Origin: Squalus acanthias
Taxonomy: Eukaryota
Direction of reading: 5' to 3'
Assembly (NCBI GenBank): GCA_030390025.1
Contig: CM059432.1
Coordinates: 109,680,001-109,744,000, forward strand
DNA: 64,000 nt
The notes beneath the pieces were generated by a model, which was not told the DNA's origin, made no database searches, and saw only the letters and a list, made by a program, of their open reading frames with translations. The translations under genes were made by a program, and so were the position numbers. Numbering within the stretch: the first letter of the stretch is position 1; every line of letters starts with the position of its first letter. Of the stretch, positions 37,235 through 50,166 are shown one piece after another.

Positions 37235-38869
37235 GCTGCTGGTAGATATCTTCGTTGAAGAAGCATTCAGTCAATGTGGGGAGAGGGTTTTCCCAGGAGG
37301 TGACAGTGGAGATGGATCTCAGCTTCACCACTTCCAAGATCAGTAAACCTGCAAAAAGTTTTCCAAGACCTGAAAAAACAAAGTTCTGCCACCTGCAACT
37401 GATCCTTGTTGAGAGCTCTGTTTTTATGCTGGAGCTGCAGCTGTCAAGAAGGCAGCCACTTGTGAACCCGACACAATCAGCTGGCGTGGTTTGGGAATGA
37501 CGTGGAACATGCAGAAAGAGTGGTAAAATGTAAAACGACTGTCAAAATGGCATTATCCAGGCAGTTAACAAACAGTTAACTGCCTTAAGTGCCTATCCCG
37601 ACGCTTGGTGGCGGGACTGAACTGGAGTCTGTGAGCCCGCCCTTGGCAAAGTTGCACGGAAGCGGGTTGATGGCAGGATCGGAAACCGCCGTCATTTTTT
37701 TCAATTTTACCACCTGACTCGCCTCCAAACCCGCCACCTGAGCGCTGGCAAAATCGAGGCCTTTGTGTCTGTCTTCACGGAAGAAGATGCAAAAAACTTC
37801 CCGGAAATAGTGGAGAACCAAGGGTCTAGCAAGAATGAGGAACAGAAAGAAATTAGCATTAGTAAAAAGTAGTACTGGAGAAATTAATGTGACTGAAAGC
37901 CAATAAATCCCCTGGACCTGATGGCCTACATCCTAGGGTTTTGAAGGAGTTGGCTACAGAGATAGGGGATGCATTGGTTGTCATTTTCCAAAATTCCATA
38001 GATTCTAGAACGGTTCCCGCGGATTGGAAGGTAGCAAATGTAACCCACTATTTAAGAAAGGAGGGAGAGAGAAAATGAGGAACTACAGACCAGTTAGCCT
38101 GACATCAGTAGTAGGGAAAATGCTAGAATCTATTATTAAGGACATGGTCACAGTGCACTTAGAAAATAATAATAGGATTGGGCAGAATCAACACAGATTT
38201 ATGAAAGGGAAATTGTGTTTGACAAATCTATCAGAGTTTTTTGAGGTTGTAACTAGCAGAATAGATAAGGGGGAACCAGTGGATATGGTGTATTTTCAGA
38301 AGGCATTCAATAAGGTGCCACACAAGAGGTTATTAAACAAAATTAGGGCTCATGATATTGGGGGTAATATACTGGCATGGATTGAGGATTGGTTAACCGG
38401 CAGAAAACAGAGAGTAGGAATAAATGGGTCATTTTCGGGTTGGCAGGCTGTAACTAGTGGGGTACCGCAAGGATCGGAGCTTAGGCCTCAGCTATTCACA
38501 ATCTACATCAATGTTTTGGATGAGGGGACCAAATGTAATATATCCAAGTTTGCTGATGCTACAAAGCTGGGTGGGAATGTAAGTTGTGAGGAGGATGCAA
38601 GGAGGCTTCAAGGAGATATATACAGGCTAAGTGAGTGGGCAAGAACATGGCAAATGGAATATAATGTGGAGAAATGTGAAGTTATCCACTTTGGTAGGAA
38701 AAATAGAAAAGCAGCATATTTTTTAAATGTTGAGAGATTGGGAAATGTTGGTGTTCAGAGGGACTTGTACATGAATCACTGAAAGTTAACATGCAGTTAC
38801 AGCATGCAATTAGGAAAGCAAATAGTATGTTGGCCTTTATTACAAGTGGATTTGAGTATAAGAGTAAAG

Positions 38870-39640
38870 GGGCTAAAAATTCGGTTGCTTGCGCCTCCCG
38901 TTAGCGCCTTAAGAGGGCGCTAATGGGACGCAAAGCAGCTAGCGCCCGGGCGCAGCGCCGCCCACGCCTCCCGCAAAATTCAGCAGGAAGTTAGCGGCGG
39001 CGCCAGCCGGTAGCGCCCCACGCCGCTGCGCCGCCGGCGATGACGTCATTGCCGTGCACAGCACCCCGCTCGCACCCCGGCCGCGATCTTTGGACGCGCC
39101 CCCTGATTTACCGCCAGACGCTATGTCCGACGGGTTCAGGGGGGCGTACGTGCGGCCGGGGCGGCGATATTTAAAGGGGAGGTGGCAGGCGGCCATTTTT
39201 GTTGCTGGCCGCCTGCCAGCACCTGCCCCTGTTGCCGTCTCCGGCCTCCTGAGCAGCCCCCACGGGGAGTGCCGGCTGCGCTCCAAGAGCCCGGCACTTC
39301 TCTTGAGTGCCGGGCTCTTTTGCCGGCACTCCCGATCCCTGGGGGCCCAGCTGGGCCCCGGTTCGCGCTGCGCAGGGCCCCTCCCCTTTAAGAAGGGGAG
39401 GAAGGCCTGCAATACCGCGGTGCGACGTGCCGCAGCGCCTGGCGCTGCGGCACGTAGCGCAAGGATATTCCCTCACAGCGCCCCAAGAGGGATGCGGGTT
39501 GCTTCCAGTAGCGCCCCGCTTCCCACTTGGGGCGCAACCACTGGAGTTCCGGCGCGGGGGCGCTAATTTTTTCGGGGCGCTAAACGTAGCGCCCAGGCGA
39601 GGTTAGCGCCCCAAAAAGGGCAAAACTGAATTTTTAGCCC
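38870..39640 (+). mobile_element. GC-rich Harbinger MITE
   Basis: Perfect 13-bp TIR GGGCTAAAAATTC, TSD AAG. Left end shared with H1. Confidence 0.9.
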
Positions 39641-41559
39641 AAGACGTCTTACTGCAATTATATAGGCCCTGGTGAGACCACACCTGGAGTATTGTGTACA
39701 GTTTTGGTCTCCTTACCTAAGGGAGGATATACCTAAGAGAAGTGATCTCATTGAAACATACAAAATTCTTACAGGGCTTGACAGGGTAGATGCAGGAAGG
39801 ATGTTTACACTGGTTGGGGAGTCTAGAATCAGAGGTCACAGTCTCAGAATAAGGGGTCGGCCATTTAGGACTGAGATGAGGAGAAATTTCTTCACTCAGA
39901 GGGTGGTGAATCTTTGATATTCTCTACCCCTGAGGGCTGTGGAAGCTCAGTCGTTTAGTGTATTCAAGACAGAGATCGATAGATTTTTGAATATTAAGGG
40001 AATCAAGGGATATGGGGATAGTGCAGGAAAGTGGAGATGAGGTAGAAGATCAGCCATGATCTTATTGAATGGTGGAGCAGGCTCGAAGGGCCAAATGGCC
40101 TACTTCTGCTCCTATTTCTTATGTTCTTATGTTCTTATGTCTCAAGGCAAGGGTAGACATTCTTGATGGTTTGGGGAGTTAGGACTCACCCATGAGTTTG
40201 ATCTGAGATGTGAGAGACAAAATGATCTTGGATAAGCTTAGAAAAGATCAAAAAACATAACACTGGGTTTTCCCCCTGATCAAAGGGTGCACGCTTATTA
40301 ATCAGCTTTCAGTTATGAGCTATATAATCCCTGAATATTTTGATATATTTCAGCACCCTCTCCATTTTTTTGCTGTAAATTCCAATTTCCACTGAAGAAA
40401 AATTTCAGTTACATTTTTTAGTTGATAATTTTGTTCCTTAATCTGATATTAAATTTTCTCTCCTGAATAATTCACTCTCTCACTCTCTATCTCTCTCTCT
40501 ACCCTGTCAAGCTCCTTAAGAATTTTATGCATTTCGATGAGATCACTTCTAAACTCTAAGGAATATAGACCTAGTCTACTCAACTTCTCCTCACAGGACA
40601 ACCCCCACAACCCAATCTAGTGAACCTTCATTACACCCCTCTTGTGAAGGAATAAGCCATATTCAGAAAAATACACCATTCTATGAAAGAATTCTAGCCT
40701 TATTAAAACATGACAAACTAGGTCTGGAAATCTAGAAACCTGGCTATGAAAAGCTGTATTGTTAACAGCATTCAGGCTATTGAAATAAGAGGGGAGTGTG
40801 AAGGTTAAAGCCGTATTCAGAAAAATACACCATTCTGTGAATGAATTCTGGCCTTTGTAACATGACAAACTGGGCTTGAAAATCTAAAAACCTAACAATG
40901 GAGAAGCTGTAAACAGCATTCAGGCTATTGAGATAAGATAAGTTGTTGACACTGAATCAATAAACTTATTGAAACAGGAGGTTGGAAGCTCCTGAAGTCT
41001 GAAGCTTTGGAAAGAACACAATGGTACACCCTGTTAAGGTGTCCTAAATTACACTTTGGAAAGAAACACAGAAAATTAAGAAACATATGCCTTCGTAAAA
41101 ATGACATCAAATGAAACACAGGAGACACGATTCTGTGTTGCAACCAGCTGAGGTAACTAAGAAGGCAATGGTGCACCCGGTTGAGGTGTTTTTAATATAC
41201 ACATCGTAAAAAGACACAAACAGAAGACCTTGGTAAGAATGACATCAAATAGATGCATCTGCTGTCACACCGTTTTTATGATAAGCTTCGAACACCTAAA
41301 GGTAGAGACACAATTCTTAATGCTACCAGCTGAACTGACTGTAAGAATAGCAGGGGTCAGCAGAAAACTTCAAAGGACATACCACTGAAAAAGGATATAA
41401 ATATTGAACTTATAAATGGGATGATAGATTCGCTGTAAAGGGGTAAAGCGATTCTCAGGCTTCAGAGGCAGGCTCTGTAAGTTTACAACTCTTTGTATCT
41501 CGGGGATCAAAGGTATCAAAGGTATTTGATTTTGGTGGATATCCTGGAATAAAGACTAA

Positions 41560-42323
41560 GGGGTAAAAATTGAGTCGCGCCCCATTTGGGGCGCTAACCT
41601 CGCCGGGGCGCGACTTTTAGCACCCCGAAAAAATTAGCGGCCCCGCGCCGGAACTTCAGTGGTTGCGCCCCAAGAGGGAAGCGGGGCACCACTGGAAGCA
41701 CCCCGCATCCCTCTTGGGGTGCTGCGAGGGAATATCCTGGCGCTGCGGCCATGCGCTGCGGCACGTCGCGCCGCGGTATTGCAGGCCTTCCTCCCCTTCT
41801 TAAAGGGGAGGGACCCTGCGCAGCGCGAACCGGGGCCCAGCTGGGCCCCCAGGGATCGGGAGTGCCGGCAAAAGAGCCCGGCACTCAAGAGAAGTGCCGG
41901 GCTCTTGGAGCGCAGCCGGCACTTCACGGTGGGGGGGCTTCACGGGGGCCGGGGACAGCAACGGGGGCAGCTGATGGCAGGCGGCCAGCAACAAAAATGG
42001 CCGCCTGCCACCTCCCCTTTAAATATCGCCGCCCCGGCCGCACGTACGCCTCCCTGAACCCGTCGGACATAGCGTCTGGCGGTAAATCAGGGGGCGCGAC
42101 TGAAGATCGCGGCTGGAGCGCGAGCGGGGTGCTGCGCACGGCGATGACGTCATCACCGGCGGCGCAGCGCCACAGGGCGCTACCAGCTGGCGCCGCCGCT
42201 AACCTCCCGCTGAATTTTTCGGGAGGCGTGGGCGGCGCTGCGCCCGGGCGTTAGCTGCTTTACGCCCCATTAGCGCCCTCTTAAGGCGCTAACGGGAGGC
42301 GCAAGCAGCTGAATTTTTCCCCC
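41560..42323 (-). mobile_element. GC-rich Harbinger MITE, inverted relative of 38870-39640
   Basis: TIR GGGGTAAAAATT/AATTTTTCCCCC, TSD TAA. Confidence 0.9.
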
Positions 42324-42584
42324 TAAGAACTGTAAAAATGTAACGAAGTTAAGATTTGAGAATAAAGATCTCTGATAATAGAATTGTAAGATTTCTGTTT
42401 TTGGAACTGTTAATGTTGCGATTGAATCACCAACTGTAATTACATGTCGGTTCTTTAATAAATCTATATATTTTTAGAATTGTCTCACATAATACTTCTG
42501 TATCAAACTTGCGAACTCAATCTCTGTACGCTCTTTGGTGACGACTTGCAGAATTCTGAGGGAGTTTTCCAGACCCTCATAATA

Positions 42585-43144
42585 CAGGAAACTCTTGTTT
42601 AAACGGCACCTAATTATCCAGAATTCTCTAATAACTGGTAAAATTCTGGAGTAGGTTTTGAGGCTTCCGCATACTGTATATTTGTGGCTGTGTAACTGGG
42701 GTTCTCGTACCTTTTGCCATATAACCATGGCTCCTGCACCTCTGGCTGTGTAACTGGGTCCCCTGTGCCTGTGGAACGGGTCTCCTGCACTTGTACCTGT
42801 GGCACGGGGCTCCAGCACTTGTACCTGTGGAATGGGGCTCCAGCACTTGTACCTGTGGAACAGGGCTCCAGCACTTGTACCTGTGGAATGGGGCTCCAGC
42901 ACTTGTACCTGTGGAACGGGGCTCCAGCACTTGTATCTGTGGAATAGGGCTCCAGCACTTGTACCTGTGGAATAGGGCTCCAGCACTTGTACCTGTGGAA
43001 CGGGGCTCCAGCACTTGTGGCTGTGGAACGGGGCTCTCGTACCTTGGGCCATTGTCACTCCATGTCCCTTCTTCATTATCCGGAATTTTTAATCAACCGG
43101 CACCATCCCGGTCCCGTAGGTGCCGGATACAAAAGAGTTTCCTG
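42585..43144. mobile_element. Tc1/mariner (Tigger/pogo-like) MITE
   Basis: TA flanks and ~28-bp imperfect TIR: CAGGAAACTCTTGTTTAAACGGCACCTA versus CAGGAAACTCTTTTGTATCCGGCACCTA. Confidence 0.8.
42766..43036. repeat. 28-bp minisatellite, ~9-10 copies
   Basis: Unit GGGGCTCCAGCACTTGTACCTGTGGAAY, head-to-tail. Confidence 0.95.
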
Positions 43145-45516
43145 TATCTGGAACATTACAGTCTAGCTAAACTTATTAAAAGTGCTATCTGGAGGACGGT
43201 AACATCTTCAGGTTGTTCCTTTCCTTTAGGGAGAGATAGTCTGGACCTTTAGACTCAATTAAGCGTCTTTAGGATTCGGCTACCTCAAACTTTAGTTGAA
43301 AGTGAGAGTCTGGGGATTACACCTGATCTGGGGTAGCCCTAAAGGGGCTAGGACTAGTAATTATCCCTTCATTCTAAGGCAAATATATCCTTCCTTAGGT
43401 AAGGAGACCAAAACTGTACACAGCACTCCAGGTGTGGTCTCACCAAAGCCCTATATAGTTGCAGTAAGACATCTTTACTCTTATACTCCAATCCTTTTGT
43501 ATTAAAGGCTAACACACAATTTGCTTTCCCAATTGTTTGCTGTACCTGCATGTTAACTTTCTGTGATTCATGTACAAGGACACCCAGGTCATTCTGAATA
43601 CCAACATTTCCCAATCTTTCACCATTCAAAAAATATTCTGCTTTTCTATTTTTCCTACCAAAGTGGATAACTTCACATTTCTCCACATTATATTTCATCT
43701 GCCACATTCTTGCCCACTCATTTAACCTGTCTATATCCCTTTGCAGCCTCTTTGTGTCCTCATCACATCTTACCTTACCACCTAGCTTTGTATCATCAGC
43801 AAACTTGGATGCAATGCACTTGGTGACCTCATCTAAGTCATTGATATAGATTGTAAATTGCTGAGGCCCAAGCACTAATCCATGTGGTACCCCACTATTT
43901 ACAGACTGCCAACCCGAAAATAACCCGTTTATTCCTACTCTCTGTTTTCTGTTCATTAACCAATGCTCAATCCATGCTAATATATTACCCCCAATCCCAT
44001 GAGCCCTAATTTTGTGTAATAACCTCTTGTGTGGCACCTTATCGAATGTTTTATGAAAATCCAAATGCACATCATCCACTGGTTTCCCCTTATCTACTCT
44101 GCTAGTTACAACCTCAAAAAACTCTTAACAGATCTGTCAAACACGATTTCCTTTCATATATCCATGTTGCCTCTGCCCAATCATATTATGATTTTCTAAG
44201 TGCCCTGTTATCACGTCCTTAATAATAGATTCTACCATTTTCCCTCCTGCTGATGTCAGGCTAACTGGTCTATAGTTCCTTGTTTTCTCTCTCCCTCCTT
44301 TCTTGAATAGCGGGGTTACATTTGCTACTTTCCAATCCACGAGGATCATTCTAGAATCTAGGGAATTCTGGAAGATCAAAACCAATGCATCCATTCTCAC
44401 TGTAGCCACTTCTTTTAAAACCCTAGGATGTAGGCCATCAGGTTCAGGGGATTTGTTGGCTTTTAGTCCCATTAATTTCTCCAGTACTATTTCTTTACTA
44501 ACACTAATTTCTTTAAGATCCTCATTCTCACTAGACCCTTGGTTCCCTACTATTTCCAGTATGTTTTTTGTGTCTTATTCCTTGAAAACAGATACAAAGT
44601 ATTTGTCTCTGCTATTTCCTTATTCTCCATTATAATTCCTCCTGTCTCTGCCTGTAAGGGACCCACATTTACTTTTGCTAATCTCTTCCTTTTTACATAC
44701 CTATACAAGTTATACAAGTAAGAAGCCTATACAATCCATTTTTATGTCTCTTGCTTGTTTACTCTCATATTGTATCTTCTCTCTTTATCAATTCCTAAAA
44801 TCCTCCCAATCCTCAGGCTTATTACTCTTTTTGGCAACATTATAAGCCATTTCATTTAATCTAATATTATCTTTAACTTCTCTTGTTAGCCACAATTGGA
44901 CCATTTTTCCCCTGGGGATTTTATTCCTTAAGGGAATGTATATTCGTTGCGAATTACGAATTATTTATTTAAATGTTTGCCATTGCTTATCTACCATCAT
45001 ATTTTTTAATGTAGTTTCCCAATCTACCTTAGCCAACTCGCCTCTCATACCTACGTAGTTTGCTTTGTTTAGATTTAAGACTCTAGTTTCGGATTTAACT
45101 AAGTCACTTTCAGACTCGATATAAAATTCTATCATATAATGGTCACTCTTCCCTAAAGGCCCCTTTACTACAAGGTTATTAATGAACCCTTTCTCGTTGC
45201 ACAATACTAGATCTAAAATAGCCCGTTCCCTAGTTGGTTCCTCAACATACTGATCTAGAAAACTATCTTGAATGCATTCCATGAACGTGTCCTCCCCACT
45301 ATTACTGCAAATTTGGTTGGCCCAGTTTATATGAAAATTAAAGACCCCTATAATTATTGTATTACCCTTGTTACATGCACCTCTAATTTCCTGATTTAGA
45401 CTGTGCCTGACACTACCACTACTGTTAGGGGGCCTATAAACTACTCCCACCAGTGTATTCTACCCCTTGTTGTTTCTTAGCTCCACCCATCTTGATTTTC
45501 CGAGCTAAGATCCTTT

Positions 45517-46410
45517 GGGGGAAAAATTCAGTTGGTTGCGCCTCCCGTTAGTGCCTTAAGAGGGCGCTAATGGGGCGCAAAGCATCTAGCGCCTGGGCGT
45601 GGCGAAGTTTGCGCCGCTCACGAAATTAACTAGACATTTTGCAGTGGCGCTAAACACTACCGCCACGATCTCCTGTGCCAGCAGATCATGACGTCAGTCG
45701 AGTGCGCCACGCCCCGGTATCGCCCCGGAGCGGATATTGAGTGGCGCCCCCTGCCTTACTGCCTGACGCTAGCAACGACAGGTTGAGGGGAGTGTTCTGC
45801 AGTCATGAAGGGAAAGGGGGAGCGCTATTTAAAGGTGACCGCTTCCTGCCTTTTATTGTTGGTGCCATTTTTGAACTACGCATTCTGAGAGAGAGAGAGA
45901 GAGACTTCCAGAGAGATTCAACTTTGTGTGAAGGAGTTTTAGGTACTGAGCAGCACTTTGCAGGTTCATTTTGATTTGCCATTCCTTGTATCGATTTAGA
46001 AGAGACTGTGGGGGCTGCACTCTGAGCTCTTTGCCTGGTACTCTCCATTGTTCTTTCCAGCAGATTTGATGTGCAGGTCTCTCCAGGCCGAGATTCAAGG
46101 CTGCAATGAGCAGGATGTGGATGGAAAGCAAGATTAACCATCCCCTTTAAGAACTGGCCCGGGGCCATTGTGTGTGTGTTCCATTGCTGACTGACATTAC
46201 ATGAGCTTCGCCAGCGCTCTGAGGTAGCGCCTCGTTCCTCGTCCTTTGCGCCTTAAGACAGGTGTGAAGTGCCTGATTTAGCGCTCCATTCACCTCCAAA
46301 GGCGATAAAAGTCAAGTTTGCAGTCGGTGGCGATAATTAGCGCCAGGCGCTAATCTTTGCGCCCAGCCGATAATTGCGCCCCAAATGGGACGATCCTGAA
46401 TTTCTCCCCC
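45517..46410 (+). mobile_element. H1-derived non-autonomous Harbinger (~895 bp)
   Basis: TIR GGGGGAAAAATTCAG/CTGAATTTCTCCCCC, TSD TTT. Both arms homologous to 26610-30771. Confidence 0.92.
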
Positions 46411-46558
46411 TTTCTCTCTATGTCTTTATCCCATCATTTATTTCAAGGCTACCCCCCACGCTTTCCATTTTGCCTATCTCTTCTATAAGTCAAGTATCCT
46501 GGAATATTTAGTTCCCATCTGTTTTCGAATCCTTTTAAGAACCGTCTATTTACATAAA

Positions 46559-47455
46559 GGGGGAAAAATTCAGTTGGTTGTGCCTCCCGTTAGCGCCTTA
46601 AGAGGGCGCTAATCGGGCGCAAAGCAACTAGCGCCCAGGCGATGTTTGCGCCGCTCGCAAAATTAACTAGACATTTTGCGGCAGCGCTAAACACTACTGC
46701 CACGATCTCCTGCGCCGGCAGATCGTGATGTCATTCGAGTGCGCAACGCCCCGGTAGCGCCTCGGAGTGGATATTGAGTGGCGCCCCCTGCCTTAACGCC
46801 TGCCGCTAGCAACAACAGGTTGAGGGGAGCGTTTTGCAGTCAGGAAGGGACTGGGGGAGCGCTATTTAAAGGCGACCGCTTCCTGCCTTTTTTTGTTGGT
46901 GACATTTTTGAACCACGCATTCTGAGAGAGAGAGAGAGAGAGAGAGAGGGACTTCTGGAGAGATTCAACGCTGTGTGAAGGAGTTTGGGTACTGAGCAGC
47001 ACTTTGCAGGTTCATTTTGACTTGCCATGCCTTGTATCGATTTCAAAGAGACTGTGGGGGTTGCACTCTGAGCTCTTTCCCTGGTTGTCTCTATTGTTCT
47101 TTCCAGCAGATTTGATGTACAGGTCTCTCCAGGCCAAGATTCAAGGCTGCAATGAGCAGGATGTGGATGGAAAGCAAGATCAACCCTCCCCTTTAAGAAC
47201 TGGCCAGCGCCATTGTGTCTGTGTTCCATTGCTGACTGACATCACACGAGCTTCACCAGCGCTCTGAGTTAGCGCCTCGCTCCTTGGCCTTTGCGCCTTA
47301 AGACAGATGTGTAGTGCCTGATTTAGCGCTCCAATCAGCTCCACGGGCGATAAAAGTCAAGTTTGCGGTCGGAGGCAATAATTAGCACCAGGCGCTAATT
47401 TTTGTGCCCAGCCGACAATTGTGCCCCAAACGGGGCGATACTGAATTTTTCCCCC
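46559..47455 (+). mobile_element. H1-derived non-autonomous Harbinger, second copy
   Basis: TIRs as above and collinear with 45517-46410. Flanks AAA/TTT do not form a TSD. Confidence 0.9.
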
Positions 47456-48337
47456 TTTAAACAGTCTTAATTGTTTACTTCAAAAATATTTTCCACAAAC
47501 AAGACTTCATATGATCTATCTCTTCTCAGATCCTTTGAAGACTCTTCAACCATTTCCGCCACCTCCAACATGATCCCACCACCAAACAAATCTTGCCCTC
47601 CCCACCCCTTTCAGCATTCCGAAGGGACCATTCCCTCCGTGGCACCCTGGTCCACTCCTTAATCACCTCCCAACAGCCTCCCGTCCCACGGCATCTTCCC
47701 ATGCAAGCACAGGAGATGCAACACCTGCCCTTTTACTTCCTCCCTTCCCACCGTCCAGGGCCCCAAACACTCCTTCCAGGTGAAACAGCGATTTACTTGT
47801 ACTTCTTTCAATTTAGTATACTGTATTCCCTGCTAAAGGGAGTGATTTCTGGACTTTTCATACAAACTTGGGATGATGGGGCCTAAGTGAAGTGATTTGA
47901 TGTAAAAACCTAAAGATCAGGGAAGAAAAACCTGAGGAAACTGATTTTTTGAATCTTATTGTTGGGAGAGACATTTTTTCACAGACACAAGCTGCGAGGG
48001 GCGTGGCCGGTCAGTAAACAGATCAAACTGTCTGGGATATGTTTGAGACAAAGCAAAACTCACAAACACATTCAAATATGGATCCCCAGGGGCAAACAAG
48101 ATGCTGGAAATCTAAAAATGATTCAATGAAAATATAACTTCGATCACACAGTTTCATAGCCATTATCCCATCAAAAAACCAATCAACCAGGTATCCACAG
48201 AACAGATTTAAAAGCCCGCCAACAGAAGGACAATAGGGTGGAGATTTGGCACGTAGATAAGGCTGTGTTTAAATCAGAAAACGATTAACACTAAGCAAAA
48301 ACCATCGGAACTGGCAAGCCCGCCAAAAAGTAAACAA

Positions 48338-50147
48338 TTGGCTTTTTACTCTTATGTGAGAAATAAAAGAATGACCAGGGTGAGGGTAGGGCCGGTCAAG
48401 GACAGTAGTGGGAACTTGTGCATGGAGTCAGAAGAGATAGGAGAGGTGATGAATGAATACTTTTCGTCAGTGTTCACCGAGGAGAGGGGCCATGTTCTTG
48501 CGGATGAGAGTGTGATAAAGGTGGATAGGCTGGAGGTGGTAGATGTTCTGAGGGAAGATGTTTTAGCAATTTTGAAGAACCTGAGGGTCGATAAGTCCCC
48601 TGGGCCAGATGGGATATATCCTAGGATTCTTTGGGAGGCAAGGGAGGAGATTGCAGAGCCTCTGGCTTTGATCTTTGGGTCCTCACTGTCCACGGGAATG
48701 GTGCCAGAGGACTGGAGAGTGGCGAATGTTATTCCTCTCTTCAAGAAAGGAAATAGGAATGACCCTGGTAATTATAGGCCGGTTAGTCTTACTTCGGTGG
48801 TTGGTAAGATAATGGAAAAGGTCCTGAGGGATAGGATTTATGACCATTTGGAAAGGGGCAACTTAATCAGGGATAGTCAACACGGATTCGTGAAGGGTAA
48901 GTCTTGCCTAACAAATTTGATTGAATTCTTTGAGGAGGTAACTAAGTGTGTGGATGAAGGTAGAGCAGTTGATGTTGTATACATGGATTTTAGTAAGGCG
49001 TTTGATAAGGTTCCCCATGGTCGGCTCATGAAGAAAGTAAGGAGTTGTGGGATAGAGGGAAATTTGGCTGATTGGATAAGTAACTGGCTATCTCATAGAA
49101 GGCAGAGGGTGGTGGTGGATGGAACATTTTTGGACTGGAGACCAGTTACCAGCGGTGTGCCACAGGGGTCGGTGCTGGGTCCTCTGCTGTTTGTGATTTT
49201 TATCAATGACTTGGAGGAGGGGACTGAAGGGTGGATCAGTAAATTTGCTGATGACACCAAGATTGGTGGAGCAGTGGATGAGGTGGAGGGCTGTTGTAGG
49301 CTGCAAAGAGACATTGATAGGATGCAGAGCTGGGCCGAAAAATGGCAGATGGAATTTAACCCTGATAAGTGCGAGGTGATTCATTTTGGTAGGGCAAATT
49401 TGAATAAGGATTACAGGGTCAACGGCAGGGTTCTGAGGAACGTGGAGGAGCAGAGGGATCTGGGGGTTCATATCCACAGATCTCTGAAGGTTGCCACTCA
49501 AGTGGATAGAGCAGTAAAGAAGGCCTATGGTGTGTTGGCGTTTATTAACAGAGGGTTTGAGTTTAAGAACCGTGAGGTTATGCTGCAACTGTACAGGACC
49601 TTGGTGAGACCACATTTGGAATATTGTGTGCAGTTCTGGTCACCTCACTATAGGAAGGACGTGGAAGCATTGGAAAGAGTGCAAAGGAGATTTACCAGGA
49701 TGCTGCCTGGTTTGGGGGGGAGGTCTTATGAGGAAAGATTGAGGGAGTTGGGGCTTTTCTCTTTAGAGCGGAGGAGGATGAGAGGCGACTTAATAGAGGT
49801 TTATAAGATGATGAGGGGGATAGATAGAGTGGATGTTCAGAGACTATTTCCTCGGGTAGAGGCAGCTGTTACAAGGGGGCATAACTATAAGGTACATGGG
49901 GGGAGATATAGAAGGGATGTCCGAGGTAGATTCTTTACTCAGAGAGTGGTTGGGGTGTGGAATGGACTGCCTGCTGTGATAGTGGAGTCGGACACTTTCG
50001 GAACTTTCAAGCGGTTATTGGATAAGCACATGGAGCACACCAGAGTGATAGGGAGTGTGATAGCTTGATCTTGGTCTCGGACAATGCTCGGCACAACATC
50101 GAGGGCCGAAGGGCCTGTACTGTGCTGTACTGTTCTATGTTCTATGT
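48338..50147 (+). mobile_element. Young 5'-truncated CR1 with an uninterrupted 576-codon RT frame
   Basis: ORF 48338-50068 with all RT motifs and a (TTCTATG)n tail. Sits in the 5' LTR. Confidence 0.95.
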
Positions 50148-50166
50148 TAAGATACCCCTTACTTAA

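Larger units (their letters stand above)
33580..37761 (-). mobile_element. PIF/Harbinger transposon, family H2, full-length
   Basis: Imperfect TIR GGCCGCGAATTT/AAAATCGAGGCC, TSD TTT. Host CR1 rejoins as NKYF-VSVFTEED. Confidence 0.9.
31370..40140 (+). mobile_element. Near full-length degenerate CR1 LINE (ORF1 SGNH esterase, ORF2 endonuclease and RT), interrupted by a Harbinger and a MITE
   Basis: VVGDSII..., VVVHVGTN; YLNARSI, DLIAITE, VYRPP, MGDFN, SDH; NYRPVSLTS, KFAD. (TTCTTATG)n tail. Confidence 0.92.
40643..43371 (+). mobile_element. Probable solo LTR of a third family, carrying two MITEs
   Basis: TGTGAAGG...CCCTTCA ends, flanks CTCT/TTCT (one mismatch), interrupts CR1, several AATAAA. 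Confidence 0.6.
40480..46520 (-). mobile_element. Degenerate CR1 LINE ORF2 (pieces 40480-40642, 43372-45516, 46411-46520)
   Basis: ORFs 44965-45450 (endonuclease), 44137-44472 and 43369-44079 (RT). Sequence rejoins across the insertions. Confidence 0.88.

Noticed and set aside
38939..42254. Long ORFs in the GC-rich segments
   Set aside because: They lie within TIR-bounded MITEs, are open because of GC content, and are not conserved in frame between the two copies.
42766..43036. CRISPR-like array or repetitive proteins (ORFs within 42474-43252)
   Set aside because: The 28-bp units are contiguous with no spacers, and the ORFs arise in all frames from a stop-free minisatellite.
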